Shown: positions 9,311-19,716 of the stretch, piece after piece | Numbering within the stretch: position 1 is the stretch's first letter | How the letters are laid out: each line of letters opens with the position of its first letter | Assembly (NCBI GenBank): GCA_902560705.1 | Contig: CACEMW010000002.1 | Span: forward strand, 18,450-82,449 | Source: an uncultured Verrucomicrobiota bacterium | GTDB taxonomy: Bacteria > Verrucomicrobiota > Verrucomicrobiia > Limisphaerales > AAA164-E04 | DNA length: 64,000 nt | Reading direction: 5' to 3' | The notes under the pieces: model-generated | Seen by the model: only the letters and a program-made list of their open reading frames with translations | Told to the model about the DNA's origin: nothing | Database searches by the model: none | Translations under genes and position numbers: made by a program

Positions 9311-10993
9311 ATGCTTACCATGGAAGAAGCCATGCAGCAAAGTCCTGTGAATTTTGCTGCTGGTGACATTGTCAAAGGAACGATCATCGAAGTCCGCAGC
9401 AAGGAAGTGCTCGTCGACATCGGCTACAAAAGCGAAGGATCGATTCCCGGGAACGAATTTGACGACATCAAGACGGTCAACGCTGGAGATGTCATAGACG
9501 TGCTCATCGAGCGCTTGGAGGATCGCGAAGGCATGGTGGTCCTTTCCAAGGAAAAAGCTGAATTTAAACAAAACTGGGAGAAAATCCTAAGTATCTGCAA
9601 TGAGGGCGGCACCATTACGGGTCGTGTCAAGGGAGTGGTCAAGGGTGGCCTGCTGGTAAATATCGGGGTCGAGGCTTTCCTGCCCGCTTCTCAGATCGAC
9701 ATCACTCCTCCCAAAAGTTTGACCTCTTACGTGGGCAGTACTTACGAATACAAGGTCGTCAAGATCAACCAGGAGCGCCAGAATATCGTTCTTTCTCGCA
9801 GGGAGCTCATCGAACAGGAACGGTCCGAAAAACGTGCCAAATTGCTGGCTGAAATGACGCCTGGAGATATTCGTAAGGGCACGGTGAAGAATATCACTGA
9901 TTTCGGAGCATTCATTGACCTCAATGGTCTGGATGGCCTGCTTCACATCACCGATATGAGCTGGGGCCGAATCAACCATCCATCCGAACTTCTGACCATC
10001 GGGCAGGAAATTGATGTGGTCGTACTCGATATCAATTACGAGAAGGAACGCGTCAGCCTCGGATTGAAGCAAAAGCTCGCCAATCCCTGGGACGATATTG
10101 AAACCAAGTATCCAGTCAGTGCCAAGGTCAAAGGACGAGTCGTCAATCTGGTGCCTTACGGTGCCTTTGTCGAGCTGGAACCTGGCGTGGAAGGACTGGT
10201 GCATGTCACCGAACTCTCCTGGACCAAACGTATCGCCAAACCATCGGACGTCCTTTCTCAAGATCAAACCATCGAAGCCGTCGTTCTGGGGATCAACCGC
10301 GACGAACAAAAAATCTCCTTGGGCATTCGCCAGTTGGAAGCCAACCCATGGGACGAAGCCTTGGATAAATATCCTCCGGGCACCAAGGTTTGCGGCAAAA
10401 TTCGAAATCTCACCAGCTATGGTGCGTTCATCGAACTGGAAGAGGGCCTCGATGGCATGATTCACGTCTCCGATATCTCCTGGACTCGCAAGATCAATCA
10501 CCCCTCGGAGGTCCTCAAGAAGGGCGATGAAGTGGAAGCAGTCGTACTCGAGATTGATAAGGCAAATCAGCGCATCTCAGTCGGTGTCAAACAACTGAGC
10601 GAAGATCCATGGGAAAACATCGATCAATTTTACAAAGTGGGTGATCTCGTCAACGGCAGCGTGACCAAACTCGCCAGTTTCGGAGCCTTCATTGGTCTGG
10701 AACATGACATCGATGGGCTGGTTCACATCTCTCAGGTCAGTGAAGAACGAGTGGAGAAAATCAAGAATGTCCTGAAAGTAGGGCAGGAAGTCACCGCTCG
10801 TGTGATCAAGATTGATCGAGCCGATCGCCGTATCGGTCTATCCATCAAGGCAGCCAATTACTCTACCGAGGAACTTGAAGCAGAACAAGTGGCTCTGGAT
10901 CAACTCAAGCCCGGTGAAGATCTGGTGGCATTGCAGCACGCCTTTGACGCTGTGACCACAACGGATGAGGCTAGGGCACCGAAGGAAGAATAG
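9311..10993 (+). CDS. rpsA: 30S ribosomal protein S1 (probable start ATG 9311; ORF track starts at GTG 9242)
   Basis: Six S1 repeats (DIGYKSEG, TDFGAF, VPYGAF, TSYGAF, ASFGAF). Confidence 0.97.
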   Translation: MLTMEEAMQQSPVNFAAGDIVKGTIIEVRSKEVLVDIGYKSEGSIPGNEFDDIKTVNAGDVIDVLIERLEDREGMVVLSKEKAEFKQNWEKILSICNEGGTITGRVKGVVKGGLLVNIGVEAFLPASQIDITPPKSLTSYVGSTYEYKVVKINQERQNIVLSRRELIEQERSEKRAKLLAEMTPGDIRKGTVKNITDFGAFIDLNGLDGLLHITDMSWGRINHPSELLTIGQEIDVVVLDINYEKERVSLGLKQKLANPWDDIETKYPVSAKVKGRVVNLVPYGAFVELEPGVEGLVHVTELSWTKRIAKPSDVLSQDQTIEAVVLGINRDEQKISLGIRQLEANPWDEALDKYPPGTKVCGKIRNLTSYGAFIELEEGLDGMIHVSDISWTRKINHPSEVLKKGDEVEAVVLEIDKANQRISVGVKQLSEDPWENIDQFYKVGDLVNGSVTKLASFGAFIGLEHDIDGLVHISQVSEERVEKIKNVLKVGQEVTARVIKIDRADRRIGLSIKAANYSTEELEAEQVALDQLKPGEDLVALQHAFDAVTTTDEARAPKEE

Positions 10994-11027
10994 TCACAGA
11001 CTGAATCCTCTCAAAGATCAAGTCTTC

Positions 11028-11061
11028 AAGGTCCGTCCCCCAGGGGCGGACCTTTTTCTTT
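11028..11061 (+). terminator. Rho-independent terminator after rpsA
   Basis: AAGGTCCGTCCCC-ca-GGGGCGGACCTT followed by T-rich tract. Confidence 0.8.
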
Positions 11062-11113
11062 GGGCCTTAGAGCTTGTCAGGGCGGCTTGGATCAGCGAAA
11101 AAATCTTGTCTTT

Positions 11114-12394
11114 ATGGATATTCTCGAGGAACTTCAATGGCGCAGCCTCATGGCCGACTGCACGGATACCAAAGCATTGAAAAAGCGTCTTTCTGAGGGT
11201 CCGATCACGCTTTATTGCGGCTTTGATCCCACAGCCGACAGCCTGCACGTGGGGCATCTTGTTCCCTTGATCGCACTGAGAAGATTTCAGGATATGGGGC
11301 ATCATCCCATTGCTGTGGCAGGAGGAGCTACTGGATCCATCGGGGACCCGAGTGGCAAAAGCGCCGAGCGGCAACTTCTGAGCCACACCCAACTCCAACA
11401 CAATATTGAAAAAGTCAAAGTGCAGCTGACTCGCTTGCTTGATTTTGAATCCGAGACACATCCAGCCCGATTGGTTGACAATGCCTCCTGGGCTGGAGCT
11501 ATGAGCTATCTGGATTTTCTAAGGGACATTGGAAAACATTTTACCGTCAATGTCATGGTGTCCAAAGAATCCGTCAGGGCACGCATGGAAGACCGCGAGG
11601 TCGGCATCAGCTATACCGAATTCAGCTACATGCTTCTCCAGGCCCTGGATTTCTATCACCTCAACAAGGAAACCGATTGCGAACTGCAGATTGGAGGGAC
11701 CGACCAATGGGGCAACATCACCATGGGTATCGAGTTGACCCGGAAAAAATCAGGCATGCAAACCTTTGGGCTGACCATGCCACTGATTACCAAATCCGAT
11801 GGAACCAAATTCGGTAAAACCGAGTCGGGTGCAATCTGGTTGGATCCTGTTCGTACCAGTGTCTATCGCTTCTACCAATTTTGGATTCGAACCGATGATC
11901 GCGATGCGATCCCTTACTTGAAATTCTTTACCTTTCTAAAAAAGGAAACCATCGAAGAGCTCACCCAAAACCAGGCACAGGCCCCCGAAAAACGAGAGGC
12001 GCAAAAAGCCCTGGCTGTTGCCATGACGGACCTGATTCATGGTAAGGACGCCACACGCGAGGCTCAGCGAGCCAGCGATATCCTTTTTGGAGGCGACCTG
12101 GACGGGATCACCGAACCCACTTTCAATGAAGTTTTAGGAGAAGTACCGACAACTCAGGTGGCATCTCAACTTCTTCAGCAAGATGGATGGCCGCTACCAT
12201 ATGCACTGGTGGAAGCCGGTTTGGCGACCTCGAAAGGTCAAGCTCGAAAAGATATCCAGGGTGGAGGTGCCAATATCAATAACGTGAGGGAACAGGATCC
12301 CAAGCGATGCCTGAAGCCTCAGGACCTCCTCTTTGGTAGTCACATCCTTTTGCGCAAGGGCAAAAAACACTACGCAGTGCTTACCTTCAAGTAA
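11114..12394 (+). CDS. tyrS: Tyrosine--tRNA ligase (probable start ATG 11114)
   Basis: YCGFDPTADSLHVGH, QIGGTDQWGN, KFGKT, C-terminal S4-like domain. Confidence 0.97.
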   Translation: MDILEELQWRSLMADCTDTKALKKRLSEGPITLYCGFDPTADSLHVGHLVPLIALRRFQDMGHHPIAVAGGATGSIGDPSGKSAERQLLSHTQLQHNIEKVKVQLTRLLDFESETHPARLVDNASWAGAMSYLDFLRDIGKHFTVNVMVSKESVRARMEDREVGISYTEFSYMLLQALDFYHLNKETDCELQIGGTDQWGNITMGIELTRKKSGMQTFGLTMPLITKSDGTKFGKTESGAIWLDPVRTSVYRFYQFWIRTDDRDAIPYLKFFTFLKKETIEELTQNQAQAPEKREAQKALAVAMTDLIHGKDATREAQRASDILFGGDLDGITEPTFNEVLGEVPTTQVASQLLQQDGWPLPYALVEAGLATSKGQARKDIQGGGANINNVREQDPKRCLKPQDLLFGSHILLRKGKKHYAVLTFK

Positions 12395-12459
12395 GCGGTC
12401 CGGCCGCCCCTGAGAGATGAGTCTTCCAACCCGGGCAAACGAATGAGAAAGATTCAACC

Positions 12460-14912
12460 ATGAAACGCTGGATGTTCCTTGTGTGGATGAGTGGCTGGCT
12501 TCTCCACGTCGAGAACCTTCCTGCGGAAACCATCCCTCAGCCATTTGCACAGCAAGTCAGACGTCTCGTCCAAGCCATGGCCTTTCTGGGCGTGCCCCTT
12601 CCATTCCGATTTATCGAAAAACATTGAGGAGGCCCTTCAAAAGGGCTCCATAGCCGATCTGGATCGACTATTGGAAACACGGATCCTTTTCCATGTGACC
12701 ATTAACCCGGAATCCAAGGTGTCCGTTCGGCAAGGGAAGGCAGAGCCCCTTTTGCATCAGGGGGCTATCGTCCTTTTTTGGTCAAAGTCATCAATCAAGC
12801 TGTGACCACTGCGCCTCTGAGCGTCTCCTCACCTCAGGCAGGTCCGGTCTATGGGGGAATGACCGCTCTTTCGGTGCGCAGAATGCAGCGAGAGGCTTTG
12901 CGTGAATTGGAGGATCCCTTGGGAGACCATGAACGATTCGTCGATGCAGAGTTCTATGAACAGGCTCCCATGACACCAGGACTCAGCAGTCTTGAAGTGG
13001 AATTCAAATTACTATGGATCTACACCCATCGATCAGGGCTTCAGGAAGCCACCTTCACTTTCGATGTTGGTCAGGGAACTCAGGACATCGGTTTCCGTGC
13101 CGACATACCGATTTTGTTTCGAGCCGACGCACCTGTGGACCTCACTCTTCAGATCACCGAAGCCGATGGAACGCCTTCCACTGCGCGGCTGGTATTCCGG
13201 GACCTTGCAGGGCATGTGTTTCCACCTCAAGCCAAGCGACTGGCACCGAATTTTTATTTTCAGGAGCAGATTTATCGCCACCATGGGCAGCATCTTAGCT
13301 TACCTGCCGGTGATTACACACTGGAAAGCTCCAGAGGCCCCGAATACGCGGTCACCTCGCAGAACATTACTCTTCCCAGAGCAAGTTCACACACCCTGGA
13401 TATCACTTTGCATCGGTGGATCCATCTCTCGGATTACGGTTTTTATTCGGGAGATCATCACATTCACGAAGCCGGGTGCGCTCACTACACTTCACCGACT
13501 CAAGGCGTACAACCATCGGACATGTATATTCAAGTCAGGGGAGAAGGGCTCAACGTGGGCTGTGTGCTTACCTGGGGACCTTGCTTTGATTTTCGGCGTC
13601 GCTTTTTTCTGCTAAACCACTGGCTTGGGACGACCCCTTCACCCAGCTCAAATACGATTTGGAGATCAGCGGCTTTGGTTCCCAGGCGATGGGACACGTT
13701 TGCCTGCTGAATCTGAAGGATCAAACCTATCCGGGATCCAACGGAACCAAAGACAAGGGCTGGCTGGCCCACGTGGACCACCCCCGTGATGCGCTGGGCC
13801 AAATCTCAGGGGGGCGTTGTTGGCTATGCTCATTCCGCGAGTGGGCTACAGATTGATCCAAGTCGGGCCGCACAACGTTTGGTGAATACATTGGACCGGA
13901 CCCAGGATCAGCTCCTGACATTGGAAGAGACTCGCCAAGCGCTCCTGCCGCTCCCCTTCGAGCAAATCTATGAAGACCGCGATCAGGCACTCAGCAAGGG
14001 AGAATTGAGTTTCTCCATGAATGGGAGGCCGATCAGCTGCCAAATTGGGTGGTTCCCGAAATGAACAGCGTCGGCGCCATGGAAATCGGTGTATCAGCTG
14101 CGCTGGGAGCTTGCGACTTCATCAGTGCCATGGATACCGCCCGAATTCCTGAGTGGAACATGTGGTATCACCTTCTCAACTGCGGCTTCCCGATTAAGGT
14201 GAGCGGAGAAACCGACTTTCCCTGCATGAGCGGCAGCAGGGTAGGGCAGGGCGGGGTTTATGTGCAACTTGGGAAAGTTGATCAACTTTCCTTTGACCAA
14301 TGGTGCCAGAGGCTCAAATAAGGTCGCTCCTCTGTGTCCGATGGTTACGCTCACACCCTCGATTTTCGGTTCGCTGGAATCGCTCCCGGTTTTGGAAAGG
14401 TATCTTTGTCCCAAACAGAAACCGTTCGTATCAAGGCAAGTGTCGCCTTTGCGCCGGCAACGCCCCAGACCGTCGCTCAAGGTCTCTTGACGCCTCCGGG
14501 AGGCAAACGTTTCCTGGGTGATACTGTCACCTTTCATGGGCCCCCACCAGAGGCCGTTGCATTGGGAGGCACGCGCACGGTGGAATTGATTGTCAATGGA
14601 AACTCGGTGCGCCGTTGGATCATCTCTGCTGATGGAGCGATTCACGAATTGGAGACAGACCTCTCCATCGATCAAAGCAGCTGGTTTGCCTTGCGGCAAT
14701 TTCCCCAGCTGCATACCAACCCGGTGGAGGTGATCCGTGAAGGCAAACCCGTTCGTGTTTCCAAAAGGAGTGCTCAATGGTGCGCTGAAACCATCAAGCA
14801 ACTTTGGCATACGCGAGGGCATACCATCCATGAGTCGAAACAGAAACGGGCAAAGGAGTCTTTTGACCGGGCTCTTGAGATATACCGGGAAATCGCCAAG
14901 GCCAGTCCGTGA
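12460..14912 (+). pseudogene. Disrupted secreted CehA/McbA-like (PHP-type) metallohydrolase
   Basis: One protein can be reconstructed across 5 frameshifts (about 12597, 12762, 13605, 13765, 14015) and an in-frame TAA at 14319-14321; motifs GDHHIH, LEISGFGS, GYAHS, WYHLLNCGF, SGETDFPC, HTNPV. Confidence 0.85.
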
Positions 14913-15129
14913 CGCTGGCACACTGGCCGATGCTCGCCTCTTCAACCATGCGACGCAAAAGACTCCCCTTGTCCGCATTCATAGGGTGGTTTGGCAAGAA
15001 TTCCATTGACAGTTCCATGACGCCAAGGTGTTATTCGCCAGCCACCTCGGTAAACCAAGAGGTTCTCTTTTAGCCCCCTGATCCACAGGTAAGCAGGAGC
15101 CTGAAGACGAACGCATCAAGATCTACTTT

Positions 15130-16255
15130 ATGAGCCAAAAGAAAATCAATGTCGCCATCATCGGTCTAGGATTTGGATCGGAGTTCATTCCCATTTATCA
15201 GAACCATCCCCGGGCAAACATGCATGCGATTTGTCAACGCAACCAAAAGAATCTGAACGCCATCGGGGATCTCTTCGGCGTTGAGAAACGCTACCGCCGC
15301 TATGAGGATGTTCTCAAGGACCCAGAGGTAGACGCCATCCACATCAACACCCCCATCCCGGACCACGCGGCCCAATCCATCGCTGCGCTCAAGGCGGGTA
15401 AGCACGTCGCCTGCACCGTTCCCATGGCGACTTCGGTGGAAGACTGCAAGACGATTGTCAACTTGTGTAACAAAACCGGACTCAAATACATGATGATGGA
15501 GACGGTGGTCTACGCCAGAGAGTTTCTGTACGTCAAAGAGCTCTACGAGAAGGGCAAGCTGGGCAAAATTCAGTTTCTTCAGGCGAGCCACCAGCAGGAC
15601 ATGGATGGCTGGCCAAATTACTGGCCAGGGCTCCCCCCCCATGCATTACGCAACACACTGCGTCGGTCCATGCCTGGCACTCACCAATGCCACTGCGGAG
15701 TATGTTTCATGCTTTGGCTCGGGGACCATCCGTAAGGATCTGATCAAGCATTACCAATCACCCTTCGCCGTCGAGACCACCCACATCAAATTCAAGGATT
15801 CTGATCTGACCGCGCGCATTTACCGCAGCTTGTTCGACACTGCCCGCCAATACCGAGAAAGCTTTGATGTCTATGGAGACAAGCAAGCCTTTGAATGGCC
15901 TTTGATCGAAGGCGAAGACCCAGTGCTTCACACCGCCAAAAAGCCAGAGCACAAGATACCCAAGCGGGTCAAAGTCAAAGATTATGCTTCCAGGCTGCCC
16001 AAGGGGATCCGACCTTTCACCACCAAGGGGGTCTATGATCTGGCCAAGAATACCCACCTGAGCTTCACCCAGGGCGCAGGGCACGGAGGATCCCATCCTC
16101 ATCTGGCGCATGAGTTTATCACAGCATTGATAGAAGATCGCGATCCTTACCCCAACGCCCGGAAATCCGCCAACTGGACCTGTGTGGGGATCTGTTCTCA
16201 CGAATCGGCGCTCAAAGGAGGCAAAATTGTGAAGTTGCCAGCCTTCACCCAATAA
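15130..16255 (+). pseudogene. Gfo/Idh/MocA family oxidoreductase split by a +1 frameshift in a C8 run (15633-15640)
   Basis: N-half GLGFG...GKHVACTVPMA...YWPGLPP joins in the +1 frame to MHYATH...GGSHPHL; removing one C restores a single ORF. Confidence 0.8.
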
Positions 16256-16292
16256 GCTTAGGATCCTTCACGTAACCCAACTACGTGTAATT

Positions 16293-17852
16293 ATGAGCAA
16301 CGACAATAAACACTCAACAGGCGACATGTTCCTCTTTTGGGGGTGCTTTGTGGCACTGATCACAACGGCTTTTGCCTTCATCACTAGAGCATTCCTAGTC
16401 AACACACCCACCTTGTGGCCTGCCGCTTTTGGGCTGGACGCGGTTCAAGGGCAGGAGCTATTCGGCGCGGGCATATGGCCCTTTGCAATCAGCATCATTC
16501 TCTTCAGCCTGATAATTGATCGGGTAGGATACAAAACCGCGATGATATTCAGTTTTGTATGCTATGCGGCCTATGCGGGACTCGCTTTCATGGCTCATGG
16601 AATCGTCACAGGGGCAGAAGGCGAGGCTCTGGCAGGCGCCCAAAAGCAGGCCTATAATTTCCTGTATGCTGGTTCGATCATTTTAGGGTTAGGCAATGGC
16701 ACCGTGGAGGCTTTCATTAATCCGGTGGTTGCCACGATGTTTCACAAAGAAAAAACCAAGTGGCTCAATATTCTGCATGCAGGTTGGCCAGGTGGTCTGG
16801 TCCTAGGCGGATTGCTCACCATTTGGTTGGGCAACAAGGCTGCAGAGGATTGGAGGATTCTGATCTACCTGATTGCCATCCCAGCGGTGGTTTTCCTGGT
16901 AATGCTCATCAAAGCCAACTTCCCAGTGAACGAGCGTGTGGCTGCTGGAACCAGTTACAAGGAGATGTTGGCAGAATTTGGCGCCATCGGTGCTCTGATT
17001 GCTTCCGCACTGATTTTTGGCCAACTCGGTCTAGTATTTGAATGGTCAAACTTTGCTGTGCTAGCCCTCATTGCATTGGCGACCGTCGGTTACGGACTCT
17101 ACTGCCAGTCCATCGGTAGACCGATTCTGATATTTCTGTGCATCATCATGATGCCTTTGGCCACCACTGAGTTGGGGACCGACGGTGCCATCACCGGTAT
17201 CATGGAAGAGCCTATGAAAGCGGCTGGGCGCGAACCTCTCTGGGTGCTGATTTACACATCGGCCATCATGGCCATCCTTCGGTTCTTCTTCGCAGGTCCT
17301 ATCGTGAAGAAGCTGACCCCCATTGGACTCCTCATATTATCCGCTGCTCTAGCCATCGCTGGGTTATTTTTCCTCTCTACGGCACAAGGGCTGGCCATCA
17401 TCTTCATCTTTGCAACGCTGTATGGTTTCGGAAAAACCTTCTTTTGGCCGACCATGCTGGGGATTGTTTCCGAACAATGTCCCAAGGGAGGTGCTCTAAC
17501 ACTCAACGCGATCGCCGGGATTGGCATGCTCACTGTTGGCATTGTCGGTGGACCCCTGATCGGAAAGATGCAGGAAGATGTGGTTGCCAAAAAAATGGAT
17601 GCTGACACCTATGCTTCCATCTCAGTGGAAAGCAGCTATCTACTCGGAAAATACACAGCCGTGGATGCCGGCAAGGTGGGAGCACTGGAAACGGAAGCAG
17701 CAGCCAAAATCAATGAAGAAGTCAAGGTCCTCAAGCAAGGGGCACTGGCTAATGTCACTATATTTCCGATTTTCATGCTAGGCTGCTACATCGCCCTGCT
17801 CCTCTATTTCAAGCAAAAGGGTGGTTACAAACCGGTGGAGATCGGGCACTGA
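16293..17852 (+). CDS. MFS transporter (probable sugar transporter)
   Basis: About 12 or more hydrophobic segments; IDRVGYK motif A-like; GKTFFWPTMLG. Confidence 0.88.
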   Translation: MSNDNKHSTGDMFLFWGCFVALITTAFAFITRAFLVNTPTLWPAAFGLDAVQGQELFGAGIWPFAISIILFSLIIDRVGYKTAMIFSFVCYAAYAGLAFMAHGIVTGAEGEALAGAQKQAYNFLYAGSIILGLGNGTVEAFINPVVATMFHKEKTKWLNILHAGWPGGLVLGGLLTIWLGNKAAEDWRILIYLIAIPAVVFLVMLIKANFPVNERVAAGTSYKEMLAEFGAIGALIASALIFGQLGLVFEWSNFAVLALIALATVGYGLYCQSIGRPILIFLCIIMMPLATTELGTDGAITGIMEEPMKAAGREPLWVLIYTSAIMAILRFFFAGPIVKKLTPIGLLILSAALAIAGLFFLSTAQGLAIIFIFATLYGFGKTFFWPTMLGIVSEQCPKGGALTLNAIAGIGMLTVGIVGGPLIGKMQEDVVAKKMDADTYASISVESSYLLGKYTAVDAGKVGALETEAAAKINEEVKVLKQGALANVTIFPIFMLGCYIALLLYFKQKGGYKPVEIGH

Positions 17853-17884
17853 TCACCTCGAAAATTCGTTTTTATTACAATTCG

Positions 17885-17914
17885 AAGCGGCCTCTCTCAA
17901 GAGGCCGCTTTTTT
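17885..17914 (+). terminator. Rho-independent terminator between the convergent MFS and dehydratase genes
   Basis: AAGCGGCCTCT-ctca-AGAGGCCGCTT followed by TTTT. Confidence 0.85.
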
Positions 17915-17938
17915 GTCTACGCAACGAAGTCTGCCTCC

Positions 17939-19657
17939 TCAGGAAATCACCCAGTGGCTCACACAGCCCTCATGTGCTTGAGAGACGGTTGCCGAAAAAT
18001 CAGCCAGATAGCCACGCTGATGGATAGGTTGGGAAAGATTGTTTTTCTCCCTGCGTTCATTGATGACAGTCTCGTGGACATCCCAAACAATAGTCCCTTT
18101 GAGCAAGTCAAAGCCAATGGTATCGCCATCTTCCACCAACCCTATGGGGCCTCCGATAACTGCCTCAGGAGCACAGTGAACGCCAATGGCACCGTGTGAG
18201 ACACCAGAAACTCGTGTATCGGACACAAGGGCCACCTTGCCGTCAAGCTCTGGCACCGAAAGAGCCGAGGTTGCCACAAGGACCTCTGGCATGCCACTGG
18301 CCACAGGCCCTAGATGACGAAGCACAACCACCGTTCCCGGTTTCAGCCGCTTCTCCTTCACCGCCTGAGTAATGGCGCGTGGATCCTCAAAACACATCGC
18401 ACTGCCGCTGAAAGTCGGGGATTGCATGCTCGAGACCTTGAACACCATGCCCTCGGGCGCAAGATTACCGAAACAGATTTGCATATCGGCATAGGGCTTG
18501 AACGGGGTTTTAGCAGGAGCTATGAGATCCTGATCAGAAGGAACCGCTGGGATATCCTTAAAGTTTTCTTCGAGGGTTGCGCCGGTGACGGTCAGGCAAC
18601 TCCCATCCAGCAGGCCCATGTCGAGAAAGTGCTTCAGAAGCAGAGGTGTTCCACCCAAGCGATGAAGATCCACCATGGTGCGCTTTCCTCGAGGGGCAAA
18701 ATTACATAGGACAGGCGTCTTTCGGAAAATCCTCTGTAGATCCTTGAGGGAAAACGAAACCTTTGCCTCTCGAGCAAGTGCTAAAAGGTGGATCACCCCG
18801 TTGGTGGAACCACCAATGGCGGCCATGGCCGCTGCTGCATTTTCAAAGGCCTTGCGGTTGAGGATATCGCGAGGTCGGATGCCTGTTTCCAGCAATCGCT
18901 TCAGCAGATGTCCTACCTCCAAACACTCCTGCTTCTTGGCAGGATCGATTGCCGGGATGGAGGAACTGAAAGGAGGCATCAAACCGATGGCTTCCATGGT
19001 GATCCCCCAGGTGTTGAAGGAAGCTGCGATGCCACAACCACCCGCGCCTGGACACGCCGCTCGAATGATGGCATCGGCTTTGGCATGCGGTATCTCACCG
19101 ACATCGGCTGCAGCCTGGGCATCATAGGCATCCAGGATGGTCACATCCCGACCCTCGTAGCAGCCTGGCATGATGCTCCCCCCACTGAGGAGCAAACCAG
19201 GGACATTCATCCGAGCCAATGCCATCGCAAACCCGGGCCCATTCTTGTCGCAATGATGGGTACCGATCATGGCATCGTAACAATGAGCGCTTACCACGCA
19301 TTCCGAGGCATTGGCGATCAGGTTACGCGATGGGAGTGAGGCATTGCCTCCTTCCATTCCTTGAGTGATGTTGTCGCTCACTCCAGGCACCCCAAAAGGA
19401 AAGCCCAGCAAACCTGCGTCACGACATCCCTGGGCCATCAATTGTGCCAGTTCATGGGCATGCATGTTGCAAAGGTTTCCATCCAAGAGAGGGACTCCTA
19501 TCCCTACCTGAGCCTTATCCAGATCCTCTTCCTTGAACCCCAATCCCCAATAGAAGGCAGTGACACCCTTTTGCCAACCGCGGGTGAGCTGATGGCTATT
19601 CCAATTCAATCGTTTTTCCATACGCCTTGATTTCATCCTCTCCCGTTCAGGTCTCAA
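17939..19657 (-). CDS. ilvD: IlvD/Edd family dehydratase (divergent; probable start ATG 19621)
   Basis: CNMH, VSDNIT, HCDKN, ACPGAGGCG, GGSTN, GNLAPEG, GMPE, GVHCAPEA. Confidence 0.85.
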   Translation of the reverse strand: MRPERERMKSRRMEKRLNWNSHQLTRGWQKGVTAFYWGLGFKEEDLDKAQVGIGVPLLDGNLCNMHAHELAQLMAQGCRDAGLLGFPFGVPGVSDNITQGMEGGNASLPSRNLIANASECVVSAHCYDAMIGTHHCDKNGPGFAMALARMNVPGLLLSGGSIMPGCYEGRDVTILDAYDAQAAADVGEIPHAKADAIIRAACPGAGGCGIAASFNTWGITMEAIGLMPPFSSSIPAIDPAKKQECLEVGHLLKRLLETGIRPRDILNRKAFENAAAAMAAIGGSTNGVIHLLALAREAKVSFSLKDLQRIFRKTPVLCNFAPRGKRTMVDLHRLGGTPLLLKHFLDMGLLDGSCLTVTGATLEENFKDIPAVPSDQDLIAPAKTPFKPYADMQICFGNLAPEGMVFKVSSMQSPTFSGSAMCFEDPRAITQAVKEKRLKPGTVVVLRHLGPVASGMPEVLVATSALSVPELDGKVALVSDTRVSGVSHGAIGVHCAPEAVIGGPIGLVEDGDTIGFDLLKGTIVWDVHETVINERREKNNLSQPIHQRGYLADFSATVSQAHEGCVSHWVIS

Positions 19658-19716
19658 AGTTTAAGGGATCCTCACTGTCACCTTTCTGGCATCGCCTCTG
19701 CGAACGAGTCAGATGC

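Noticed and set aside
9587-10501. 304-aa minus-strand ORF
   Set aside because: Antisense shadow of rpsA caused by codon bias
14094-14978. 294-aa minus-strand ORF
   Set aside because: Antisense to the pseudogene; no recognisable motifs
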